From assembly GCA_028534125.1 (NCBI GenBank), contig CM052823.1, positions 4,836,001-4,900,000 of the forward strand: a stretch of DNA of 64,000 nucleotides, given 5' to 3'. A model generated the notes under the pieces. That model was not told the origin of the DNA and did not search any database. It was given only the letters and a program-made list of their open reading frames with translations. Origin of the DNA: Lama glama (lineage: Eukaryota). Numbering within the stretch: the stretch's first letter is position 1; each line of letters starts with the position of its first letter. Below, piece after piece: positions 1 to 12,880 of the stretch. A program made the position numbers and the translations under genes.

Positions 1-24
1 CAATAGAAATAAAACATCCTCTGG

Positions 25-165
25 GTGCCCTCGAAACCGCGGGCAGGTTGTGTTCCTGCAATCCTCGAGCACCTCGTCAGGTTGGGGCCGGGCTGCCGGC
101 GCGGAGCTGGAGAGGGCTGCGCGCCCAGCCGCCGCCGAGGACTGGCTGCGGGGCGGCCGAGAGCC
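25..165. promoter_or_regulatory. CpG-rich patch, probably the 3' edge of the BCL11B promoter/exon 1 CpG island
   Basis: Dense CpG/GC sequence (gccggcgcgg, gccgccgccgagg, gcggggcggccg) at the 5' end of intron 1. Confidence 0.6.
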
Positions 166-2799
166 GAATATTTATGTTATATTTTAAAAAATTTAAATAA
201 ATAAATAAATATATAAAAGGGGTTCTCCCCTCCCCTGTAAACCCAGCATAGGAGCCATCTGCTCGGAGCATTTGCTGCTGCCATTTCTCCTTTGTTACAG
301 CAGATCCATTAGTAAGAATTTGTGGATTTATTATTTTTTGGGGAGGGGAATAGATATTAAAGTGGGCTTGTGTTGGGAGAAGGATGCCTTTTTGAAGGGA
401 GGGAAGAGGACTTCTCTTGTATTTTTCACCATTGTAACATCAAAGAAGACTCGCTGGTTGCATTTAAAACAAAATGTTTTGCAACCAGATTTGAGTCTGG
501 TTTGATCAAGGTCCTTTTCGCCAGTTGACATTTCGTCCTTTACCAAGCCGGTTGCAGTCGCTTATTTTATCTCCTTCCACCCCCCTTTAGATGGTGGAGT
601 GGCTGTTAGAATGTCTCCACTTGCAGATGCCTAATTTCTTCAGGAGGCAATTGGCCCCACTTAGGCTCTGTATAATTGCAAGGGTTATTTTTGAGGAGGG
701 GGAACTTGGGGGGAGATCCAGGAAGGGGGAGTTGTTGGGGGTGCATTGCCAAGCTGGCTGCAACGAAGGAGCCAGGAGCGTTTGCAGTTGTGTGTAAAGG
801 GGGGAAGAAGCAGGTAGGTTTGCTTTGCTTTTGCTGTCTCCTCTTCTGGCATTCCTGGGACCTCAGGAGGAAGCCCCGGCCAGAAGGACGGGTGGCAGCT
901 GGGCGTGGGGGGTGAGGGGTGCCTGGTGCAACCTCCTTCCATCCTTCATTTGTTCCCCGTCTCTCAGTCTCGCTCAGAGCGCGACTGGGGAAAGCCGGCT
1001 GACACTGGAGCAGTGGCAGGGAAGAAGAGGTGGGAGGAGAGCAGGGGGCAAAGGATATCCCGCCTGCCTTTCAGGGGCACATGGAGCCCAGGGCATGTGC
1101 AGGGGGTTAAGGAGGGAGAGCGGTCCAACCAGTTTTCAGACAAGGCTATTTATTATCCCAAGGCAGCTGGCTTTTCTGTCTGTCCTGTGTCACCCGGGAG
1201 GTGGGAGTGCAGGCAGGGGAAAGGAGAGAATTGGATGCAGTTTAGGCTGTCTGGCCTCTGTAAGTGCCTCTCCACAGTGATGCAGGAGTCGTGGCTTTAG
1301 GGTGCTCTCGGCGCTCCTGGCCAGCTACATGGGTGCTGTCAGAGCCCTGACCTGGGATGCACATTTTGGATTTTAAATGTGAAAGAAACCACCTAAAACG
1401 TGGTACATCTTCAGTTTAGGTGGCAGCCCACTGGCCTCAGGTTCCTTAGAGATGATGCAACTGAGGATAACTGATGGTCTGAGAAACACGAAGAGCACAC
1501 AAACAGCATTGAGAATCTTGCAGGGGAAGGGAGGCAGTCAGAGAAGGGCTCCAGAAAGAGCTAGTTAAATGTACAGACAGGGCCAGCGAGAAGAGGAGCG
1601 AGGTATAAAAGAGAGTATGGGAGACAGCTGGAGATGAAAACCTGGGCTTCTGGTTTGTTTCAAAATGTTTGACCCAGATGGATATGGCTTTTAAAATCGG
1701 AGGACAGACACAGCTATTAATAAAAACAAACACAAAACAACCCAGTGACAATAGTGAGGAGAGGAGGACGAGGGACAGTGACTGACCAGGTAGAGGGAAA
1801 AGGGCTGCAAGCTGCGGGGTGAGTGGAGAGGCAGATGAACTCCAGACCATGCAGGAGCTCTGAGGCATTCCCAAGAAAATAAGAAGTCTGTGGTAGATTA
1901 CACAACCCCAATGAAGGTGATTTTTCAACAACTCAGCGACAGGCTTTCTTGGAAGATTAGTAATTTTCCGTATGCATTCATGATTTTGCAAAACGACTCG
2001 AGACCCAGGATTTGACGCGGAAGTTGGGCTAACTGTGTTAATTCCATGGTTGCCTCTTAAATTAGGTTTTGCTGTTGCTGCCGGTTTTGAAGGCCACTGT
2101 GCTCACAATGCTCTGAACTCCCCAGGGTAGAGTATATCTCCGGTGGCCTATGTGTCTTGCAAAATTGGGTCTCCGATACATTTCATAAGACCTGGGCCCC
2201 TCTTTTTTTTTTTTTTTGGTAGTTGGTGGGGGGAAGTGAAGTTTGTATCACTTCTGCACAGAAGGGAACCCCATATCATTAGAAGTGTGATATAAGTCAG
2301 CTGCTCTGATTCCAAGGGAGAATCAAAATGTGTTCATGCAAGGTGTTATGCCAGGCTGATTTTATTCATTTGTAATTCACACCTGAGAGAAAACAGTCAT
2401 GAGCCTATTTTAACAACCCCTAATATTTTTAAAGGGTAGTCTTTCCCTCCCGGAATGTGATGTATAGATGCATTTTTTTTTTCTTGAGGGTAGGAGGTCG
2501 CTCTCTGCCTGTGCTTTGGCCTTGGTGATTTTTGTCTGGCCTTCAGAATATTTCGTAACAGAAAACGAGTCATGTCTCAAGTGCTGGAGTGACTGCAGTT
2601 GCTTTGGTGAGGCCGGCCTTAGAAACATGGAGGGAGGCTGAGGTCAGATGCTTGGGTGTGATGCTTTGTGGCCGCTGTGCAGGGCTAGATGGGTCTCACT
2701 GACCCAAGAGAAGGCCAACTTTTGGTGCATTGGATAGTAATGATCATTCTGTCTCAGGTGAGATGGAAACACGCAAAACAGTTCCCAGAGATCAGTTTC

Positions 2800-3150
2800 T
2801 GACTGCCGAGCGAGCGCACCAGTTTCTCTAGCGTCTTTATCAGAAGCGAGCCTTTGGCACTGGCTTTGAGCTTAGAACACGGCTCGCACCAGCCTTCCGT
2901 TTTTCCTTTTCATCTCCTTTCTCGATCGCTTTGCATTCTCTGTTGCTTGTTGTGATAAAGTACTTTCCAAAATAAACTTTCGGTTGAATTGGCTTTGGGT
3001 GGATGGCAAGGCTGTAACGCGGAGCCGCGCCTGGCGCCACTTGGCAGCTAGGGGGAGCTCGGCGCCCGTGTCATGGCTTGGAGCCGGCGCTGCGAGGGGC
3101 CGGGAACCGGCTTCCATCAGCCATGAAAGCAGTTTACGTTGCTGCAAAAT
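2800..3150. promoter_or_regulatory. CpG-rich intron 1 element with a CTCF-like motif (3042-3060)
   Basis: Local CpG enrichment. TGGCAGCTAGGGGGAGCTC resembles the CTCF core TGGCCACCAGGGGGCGCTA. Confidence 0.4.
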
Positions 3151-6100
3151 GTCTTAAGTGTGAAGTTGTAATATTGATTTTCCTGCGGAGATCCGAGAAG
3201 GACAAAATGCGAATATAAGTTTGAGAAATCTATTTTCAAGCTATTGGCATTGACTTACAAGACCTCACTAGGTGGGGGGTGGCATTTTTCTTTTTCTTTT
3301 AATTTTTTTTTAAACAATTACAATTGTTAATTTTGAACGGGTGTGTTTCCCCCCGATTAGCCTGTGGTGATGACTTTCTGAAAATTCTGTTAGGCCCTCT
3401 AGGCATTCATGATGGGGCAGGGGGTGGGTAGGGCTAGGTAGTGTCTGAAGAGTGAACCTCATTTTGTCCATTTCTGCGTTGCATGTCACAGACCCAGGGA
3501 TCTGCCGAGAATCGCTGCTTTGGGGAATCATGTATCTAAAACAGTTTGATGAATGGAAATCCTTTTAGCTCAGATTTTATAACACTTGGATTCTCAATTC
3601 CATTTATTAGGTAACGTTCCCACTGTACTAAGCAAAATAGCACCGTTCCCCAAAGATATAAAATGCCAACTCAAATAACATGTAAAACTTTGTTTGGAAG
3701 GAGTGTATGCTTGCTAGACCCAGCGTTGCCAATACCTTTCACCCCAAACAGTGCCCTTAATGGATGGCTTTTAATGAGACTACTCCCCTAACCGTGTAAT
3801 TTCATGCTGGGGAGTATGTGTGCTTTTTGATCCCCGGATTTCTGGATCTATAATGTCGTGTTCTCCAAGTTCAAGAAATCTGCAGACAGCGCAGTTAGCC
3901 CTGAGTCGTATGTTTGAGTTCAGTATATGTGCAGAAGAGGTTACCCAGCGACAGGAAAGGAGTGCTTTATTCTAACCTGAAAGAGAAATAAATTAGGTCA
4001 GACAAAAGCCCAGCGCTGTCATCAGCTGGAGGAAGAGCCTTCACTCTCCAGGACAGAGGGCCAGCAATTTATCTGATGATTTCTCTACTTCATTTAATGT
4101 TTGAATTGAGCCTGTTGTAAGCATATCGTGGCAGCGAGCTCATTTGACAACTCAGGGATGAAGTGTCACTGTCATCTTGAAGCTTTGGGCTGGGCAGTGG
4201 CCTCTGGCCTGCAGAAAACTGTTAAAAAAAAATTGACTTTAGAAACCCCCAATCCTTTGCCTCGGGACTTGGGGGAGTTTTACAAGCTGTAACTAAGCAC
4301 TGACCACAGATACGACAATGAAGAAAAAATATGTATATATGGGGAAGAGCAAAGATGGAGCCCTTGACCTTTGAGGACTATCTCCTGTATCTCTTATGGT
4401 TTAAGAAAGGACCCTCTGGTGGTCTGAGTAGGGCCTACCTTTAGCTGGAACTCTGCAGGGACTTTGGGTTTAATGCTGTTGCCACACCTGGGAGGACAAA
4501 GGAAAATAAATGCTTTTGGGGGACTGTGTCCTGTCCTGCACGGTCAAGTTATTGATGCCTGCCTAGCATCCTTCTCTGAAGGTGGTGTTAGCTTTAGGTC
4601 CACTGGCGTATTTTTTTCATGGGGAGAGGGGACAGTAGAATGCCAGGAATGAGTGTCTGTGTCACCCGGCTGCTCTGAGGATAGCTTTGTCCTTCCCAGC
4701 ACTCTTTATTTACTCACAGGATTGGGCCTGGGGGCCTGTGTGGTGTCCCCTACCCACTGCTCCCCATCCCACAAATGTCACTTCCCAGAGAGCTGATGGT
4801 CAGTGAGATCTGCCCGCGTTTTCGTCCCTTGTTGACTGCCTCCCTTGAGCAGTAGTTTTTCCTAGGCGTGTATAAAAAGTGCGGAGAGCAGGCTATTTGG
4901 AGACACATGAAAGCAGAGGGACACACTTCGTGCGTCTTCTGCACGAGCCAGGGAGGGGGGTGAGGGCAACAGCATCGTTTTTACTGGCAAAAGTGACACC
5001 AGATCGCGGTTTGATTAATGGTGCTACATTCACAGGGACTTTCGTCCGGCATTTTGACATATGCAAGTCTTTTGTGCAGTTGCTGAAATTCAAGAAATTC
5101 ATTCTTTATTTCCTTTTCCAAGGCAGCTGATAATCTGCTTGGGTGTTGAATTAGCCAGCCCGCGCTTTTTTCACTGTAATGAAATCCCAGACCACACAAA
5201 ATTAGGTAACTTCAAAGTAAAACAAAAAACAAAAAACAAACCAAAAAACCCTCCCTTTTACACAACTTTTTTTTATCACCCCCTTCCACTGAACTGCTGA
5301 AGTACAAATACGTTTGAGAATGTTCTAACGAGCTCTCTACCAAAACAACACGCAAAAATGACTCAAGGAAGTTGAATGCCAATGTTATTGTGATTAACAT
5401 GGGCCTCAGAGATGGGAGCGCTGCTAAGAATTAAAACAAAAGGAGGGGGGAGTCATGTTTAAATTTCTACCTTGGCGATGAGATGCTGCAAGCAGCGTCT
5501 GCCATGGCTGTCTGGGTGTCAGCCTCAGAGAATCTCTTCCAGTTAAAAGCTTGTAGTTCGGCGTCCTGTACGGAGGGTCCTTCTTTTCTTCTGTTAAGCA
5601 CCTTTGAAAAAGCACAGCATTAAATAAAACAAATCTCTTCTTTGGGCCTCAAAGAATGCTTTCCTATCGCATCATGACGAGCCCTGTTGCGTCTGAAGAT
5701 TTAAGGCGTTTGCAGTTTTGAGGAATCTTCTGAATGTGTTTAGAAGGATTTCTGTAGCCACACATTTTTTTCTTTCTTTAAAGAACGATTTTATTTATCA
5801 AAACCTAGGTCCCTCCTGTCTTTGGTATATGGTGGACTTGCCTTTTTTCTTAGTAACCTTTTAGTTCAGGACAGGCTCTGTGGCTACGCCCGAATGCTGC
5901 TTCCCTCGTTGGTTGGGTCTTTTTTCTGCTTTTGAATGTGTGAGACCTGGCCTCCTGAGCTCAGTTTTGGGGGATCTGGGGAGGTAGATGCAGTGGGGGT
6001 GGGGGGAGGTTGGATTAAGTCTGTAGAGCAACTTAAGGTATTTTTCAGGGAGCTATTTTTAATTTGCAGAAGTATCCTGGGGGGGGGTGCATAGGACAAT

Positions 6101-9100
6101 GTGTGTATATGGGGAGTGTGGAGTCTGCTGGCTGGGTTCTCCCTGTACCCCAAACCTCTCCTCAGATCAGGAGTCCTCCATCTTCCTGATATGCAGGCCA
6201 AGCCTAGGCCTTCCCTCGTGGGCCCAGCCAGCCAGACTCCAGGTCATTCACGGGAAGGAAACCCACATTACAGATAAGATTGTGCCCTGGCATCCTTCTC
6301 TCTGCCCGGATACCAGAAATGTGGAAGATTTCATTTTGACGCATGTACTGCGTTTGGCGTGGAGCAGACAAGGCTTTGTGTGGTGGCGGCCCTGGTGTAC
6401 TCCTGTCCCCGCAGCCGATTTGAGGGTGCGGGGGAGGTGGCCTTGGAAGGTCTCTTGGGGAGGCTCGGGGCCTGGGCCACCAGCAATGTGACACCTAGAA
6501 CAGGCTGGAGTCTGCTCAGCCCTCTTCCCTGGAGGGCAGGTGGTCCAGGAAGAGAGGGCTCATTTCTCTGAGTGACCTGCCGCCAGCCCAGCTGTGCCCT
6601 CCCTGGGTCCAGCGGCAGCCCCGAGCTTGCTGGTGGCAGGAATTTGGTGGGCAAATGGGGCTGAGGGCTGGGACCTGACAGCATCCTATCCCTTTGTGGC
6701 CCTGTGAGGACATTCCCCCGAACACGTGCCTGGCTAGGCTGAGGCTCTGTCTCATCTCCCACCCCTCTGCCGGCCCTGCCTTCTTCCCTCTGTGCGGAGA
6801 ACTTCATAAAACCTCCTGTTGTGGCTTTAAGCATCACCTAGTCATAGATTATTCTCTCCGTCAAGAATTGATTCCTTCTCTCTCCCATCTACCCCTCCCT
6901 CCCTGCCCCCCACCCCACAGTTGTTATTTTCTCTTGGATCCAATAAATTAAAAATTGATGGCAGCCCAGAAAGTGTTGTGCTCCGTCGAGTGCGCGTTTT
7001 GGTGGCGTTTAGGTGTCGCCGGGGGTCTCAGCCCCTCCCTGAATGTTCATGGGGAGGAGAAGGAAAAGATTGTTCTGCAGATGATTGGGAAGCACGGGCT
7101 GCCTGGCCAAGGCTGTCTTCGTAGGAAGCAGGTGTAAAGCAGAGCTCTGGCGGAGGGATGCTGAACATTTCTCGTAAACACGCGTACAAATAGGATGGCG
7201 GCTGTGACGTTGGCAGCCCACGATTTTGAGAGCCTGGCACTCCTCCCCTCCCTCCTTCCCCTCCCCCTCATCAGTGAAACAATAATTCTGCATATGTTTC
7301 TCCTGGTCTGTGGCTTAGCCATTAAAGGTAGAGATTTGGATTTGAATCAGTGCGGGGTTCAGGGGAACATGGGGTCTGTGTGCTGTGTGTGCAGCAGGGT
7401 GCACACACCGTGCTCTGGGGACAGCAGGAGACCCGCCCCTGGGCTGGAATTCCCGTGGGGCAGGTGCAGGGGCAGTTGTCAGAGGAGAACTGGGCAGGCG
7501 GGGCCCTGGGAGCCCAGCATGTGGGGGAATCACTGGCCAGGTAAGGCCTGCTAAGCCTTTGCAGCTGCTGGGGGCCTGTGGGCGGCTTGGCCGGGCCGGT
7601 GTTAATGATGTCTTTCCATTTCTGTCTTCTGCCCAAATTCCTTCCCAGCCAAGCTGAGGCCTGGGGGAGTGGTCTTAAGATTGAGGGCTTCCCTGTCCAT
7701 TTAACAGCGATATCCGTTAGTATCTGTGAACCCTGATTTCACTGCTTCTAAATGCATTTATCAGCCCAGCCTTGTAAATTAAATGTGGTTTTGTTGTAAA
7801 AGAAAATTAACTGTGTGTGTGTGTGTCCACGTGCTTTTGGATTTCACATTTCAGAATCCACCCCAGTCTGATACCTGACATTTAAACGCTGCTTTCATTC
7901 ATTTTTCCTTTTAATGAGTCAAACATTTTAGCAATCCCTCTACTTTACTCGGCTCAGAAGAGTGAGGGCAGCAATATTTTCCAGGGTTTCCTGACACTTG
8001 GGGAGCTTTTCATGAAAGCAGAAATCATCTCAGAGGGGAAAAACCCCTCATCTTTGCCTTCTGTCTACGAAGGCCCGAGTTTGCCGGACAAGACAGCCCG
8101 GGGTGGGGGGCGGTGGGGGGCTGGTTTGTAGGGTCTGGGAATTGGAAAGGCTGTTTTGTTTTCACGTGGTGCTTCACTTTCCTGGTGCTTTCTGGTCTCT
8201 GGATGGTAGTTTGGACTGCTGTGCCTGTCACAGCAGAGGCCTGGTTCGCCGGGGCTCCATCCACGTGCCAGCGAGACAGAGAAAGGAGGGTTCTAGATGG
8301 GCCAGGCCTGTCTCACTTTGCCTTTTCTGAGCGTGGCCCAGTGGCTCTTTCTCCTTGTATTTCTTACATTAGCAATAGGGTTCTAAGAAGGGACACACAC
8401 ACACACACACGTGTGGCACACACGCACCCCACACGCCCAGCTCAGTATCCGCCTGCCAGCGGAAACGAAACCACAGCCCGTCTTTGGGGTGTCTCTGGAG
8501 GCCTTGAGCGTGAGATTCAGCAAGCTGTCTTGGTCCACCCGCTCTGACCCCAAAGTTTGACAGTTTGGGGGCTCGGGGTGGCTCTGCTGCCTAAACACTG
8601 CGGGGTGACGTTGCCACCTTCCTGGGAAGTGCCTTCCCCAATAGGCCAAAGCCCAGAGCTCCCCGCCCTGGGGGGCGTGGGGAGAGGCAGCCTCGCTCTT
8701 GGAGCTGGGTGAGCACCCCTGTCGTCTCCGGGAGTTTTACTTTCAAGGCTGCAGGTGGGAGAGGAAGGAGGCCTTTTGGGTTCTTTTCCTCCTGGACGTC
8801 CTGGGAGGAGACAGGGAGCTGCCCTGGGTCTGAGAGCTGGAGACCTGAGATCAGAGCTGTTCCGGGGGCCGGGACGCCGGCAGAGCCTGGCTGCCCAGGG
8901 TGGCTGCGAGGGGACTGGAGACAGAAATCAGAGCTGAAGCTCAGTGAACGGCTTCGGGTTCTTTCAAACTCAATTACTGGGGCTCACAGGCTTGCGGCAT
9001 GAAGAAAGTGGAAAGGGCAGAGACTGCCAAATAAAGGAAAGAATACCAGATGTTACCAAAAAAAAAACAAACCCCAAAAACCCCAAAAACAAAAGGAGAA

Positions 9101-9643
9101 AAAGGAAAGAGTGCTGGAACAGAGTCCTTAGCAAAAGATGGAAGGGAGAGGGCAGAATACTTCGCGGACAGGCCTAGGTGACCTGGGCTAATTTTTAAAT
9201 TAGTCTGTGTTTCTTTTGAAGGAGAAAATACATTGGAAATTCTGTAGCTTAAAACCTGCTAGCCGAGAGGAGCCATTCATGCCTCCTAGACCTTCCACCA
9301 CAGAGAGGGAGTGGACAGACTGGCTGAAAAAGTGAATGAAAAGCAAAGCCGAACAGAAACCGAACAAGGAAACCAAAGATGAAATTAGACAACGGCGAAC
9401 ACCTCCCTGCCCTCAGAGAAGATGATCAAGTAGGGAATGTGGCTGGATTAGCTGCTGCCTTTGTTTGTTTTTATCAAATGCCCTTACTGATGCAGCTGGC
9501 TGCTAGGCCTGCTCAGGAGAGGCCTTGAAAACGGGCCCAGGTACCTCCAGCCTCCCTACCGCAGAACTCACCCCTGTTTCATTTGAATTCTCAATTTCGT
9601 TTTGTCCTTTTTTTTTTGCTTTTCAGCTCATTTCCTTTGTGCC

Positions 9644-9664
9644 TCTCTCTCTCTCTCTCTCTCT
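9644..9664. repeat. (CT)n microsatellite
   Basis: ctctctctctctctctctctc seen directly. Confidence 0.85.
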
Positions 9665-11416
9665 TAACAAAACAATATTTTGACATCCTCCTCCCATTTA
9701 TTAGAGTTCCTTCTCTAGCNNNNNNNNNNNNNNNNNNNNNNNNNNNNNNNNNNNNNNNNNNNNNNNNNNNNNNNNNNNNNNNNNNNNNNNNNNNNNNNNN
9801 NNNNNNNNNNNNNNNNNNNNNNNNNNNNNNNNNNNNNNNNNNNNNNNNNNNNNNNNNNNNNNNNNNNNNNNNNNNNNNNNNNNATTGCCTTTTACATTCT
9901 GACAGACCGTTCACAGGGACCCAGTCCCCCCTAGAACCGCTGTTCGGCGTGAGGGCTGTGATTACATTTTAACCATCTTTTCATAAAATAAATTGGTAAA
10001 TTAATTACGTGGCATTGTCTTCTAACTCCTTTTAAAGTAAACTCCGATTTCTTTTTACAGTGTAATTAATGGTTTCTGGGGCTGCCTTTTGTGCACGTGG
10101 CTCCTCTTACCTTATAGGTTCTTTTTGTGGGAGGGCATGCAGACGAGAGATTTCGGATTTCCTCCTCTGCGGGGTGTTTTTGCACTGCCACGTTTCCAGT
10201 GCGTGGCTACATGTAATTCATTCACGGCTCTGCCTGCTTTTCCGTAAGCACAGGCAGGATCTCAAAGTGTCACTTCCCTCCTCAGCGGTACCTGCGCCAC
10301 ACGCATAGCCCATACGGGGTGCACGTCCTGAACCGTCTCCCTGACGTTTGGCCATCTACGTGGACTCTCACGGGCCCTGAAGAAGCTTGTGTTCAGAAAA
10401 TACAGGACAGTGATTTATATGTAGGATGGAAGATGCCACAGAATTTTTTCCTTAAATTATCTGTTCTTTGGCTCTGGCCCGTCAATAACTTCACTGCCAC
10501 GGAATGTGTTTTTCCTCTCTTCCATTTCTTTTCTCTCTGTTCTTCTGTGGTTTTCATTATCCTTTCCTAAATACCATACCACTTAAAATATACCTGCCTC
10601 CTCGGGTTTCTGGCCTCTGGCTGCCCCCAGCTTCCCTGAAGACCCCGCCACTTGTGCCTTCTACACCACTACTGACATTTGCTCTCAAAAAATCCCACCC
10701 CGAGTCTGTTCAGACCTGGAGGGACGGCGCCACCTGGTTGCCCACTTCCCTTGTTTGTGACGCTGTCGGCTGCTGCCTTTTCAGGTTTTCCCTGAGGACC
10801 TTGCTGCTTTTCCAGGCATCGAGTCGCTTCAAAATATTTGGGACCTGTGCCCCCTACCAAAAAAAAAAAAAAAAAAAAGAAAGGAAATAGATTGGCTGCT
10901 AAAGAAATATGAAAATGTACAGCCCATTGAAAGTGTGGTTTGTCATCTGCCAACAAGTGCTTTTGGAGTCTAAAGAATTATTATTTTCTTTCTTTTCTTT
11001 TTCGGGAGTGAAAATAAACCCAGCAAACAAAAAAGGACAGTGGGGAGTCGGTGAGTGCTGGGAAGTCTACAAGGCGATGGAAGTCTGACCGGGAGCAGGG
11101 AGTTTGGCAGGAAGCCGCTCCCTCTTTCAGCCAGCCGACTTGCAGTGACTCTCCCCTGCGTCGCTTCCCCTTCGATATTTCTTTTTGAACCAACACTCAC
11201 CTGTTGCTTTCTGAGCGTGTGGGCTTCTTTCTCTCGGAAGAACTGGCCCTCGGATGCCCATCTGGTTTTCTGTTTTCTTGTCTGGTGTGAAGCCAGGTCT
11301 CAGGTAGAGGAATGCAAGCAGGACTTGAATGAATGGGGAGGACATGAATGAAAGGAGGGAGGGGAGGTAGGGCGCAGCTCGAGCCCGAGCGGGGAGAAAC
11401 AGCTCTGGCTCTGGCT

Positions 11417-11590
11417 CGTGGTTCTCAGCCTTGGCTGTCCATCTGAATCACCTGGGAGTCTCAAAAAAAAAACCAACCAAGACAGCCTGACATTTGTATC
11501 TCAGTGTAATTGATCTGGGGTGCTGCCTGGGCATCGGGGGTTTTCAAAGCTCCCAGTTGAGTCTCAGATGCTGCAAAGTTTGAGAGAGAC
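11417..11590. mobile_element. MER5-family (hAT-Charlie) MITE, degenerate
   Basis: gtggttctcagccttggctg...gaatcacctgggag...ctgggcatcggg...ttttcaaagctcccag...aaagtttgagag matches the recalled MER5 consensus, including terminal inverted repeats. Confidence 0.75.
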
Positions 11591-11894
11591 CTCCAGATGA
11601 TACTGCCAAGTTGGGGACGGCCCAGTCTCTCATGACACCAGGACGTGTGTGTGTCCCTCTGCTAGGCTGGGGCAGGGGCAAATTGGCAGGAAGTAAACCA
11701 GAAAGCTGTAAGATTAGTACCACTTAAGCCATAGCCTCTGGGAGCCGCAGAGCTGCTCCCAGAGCCTCAGTTTGCCAATCTGTTGCACGCAGGATGGTAA
11801 GCCCCCTGTCTCCAGGAGTCTGGGGGAGGATGCGGTGACTGCCAGCATCCCGCGACGGCAGGGCCTGCCTCTAGGTGGGGAAGGGTTGGAATGA

Positions 11895-12419
<525 letters not shown>

Positions 12420-12689
12420 TGAGGGTGTCGGTGCTGGGAGGGCCCAGGGGCCACCAGGTGGGCTTGCCCTGGCCGAGGGTCCACCATCCAGGTGACCCTC
12501 GGGAGGAGACAGGCCTGGGGCTCAGAGCGGCCCAGCGAGTGATGGTTGCTTTGCTTCTGGCAGTGTGCTCCATTGTGGGGCCAGGAGGTCGGGATGGAAA
12601 TTCAGAAGGCTCGTTGGCCCTCACTTTGCTGGTGTTCTTGGCTTAGTCTCTGGCTTTGGAGCCAGCCGGTCTTGGAGTCTGTTCTTCAC

Positions 12690-12880
12690 AAACTTGGCGA
12701 GTCAGTCTCCCCATCTGTGAAATGGAACTAACGAGACCTCTCTTGCTGGGGTCGTCGTGAGGCTTAATGAGACGTTGCCTGTTGGCCGTGCCGGGTCAGC
12801 ACTTACGAAGGGGATCGCTCTTTTCTCCTCCTCCACTCTCTGGCCTCAGTTTCCCAGCTGTAAAATGAGGGGTTAGGCCC
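12690..12880 (+). mobile_element. MIR SINE fragments (two cores)
   Basis: MIR cores cagtctccccatctgtgaaatgg...gtgaggcttaatgag and ctctggcctcagtttcccagctgtaaaatgagg. Confidence 0.7.

Noticed and set aside
5193-5230. CACACAA + 22 nt + ACAAAAAAC as a cryptic RSS
   Set aside because: The heptamer is poor, the spacer is off by one, and the nonamer is part of an (A)nC simple repeat.
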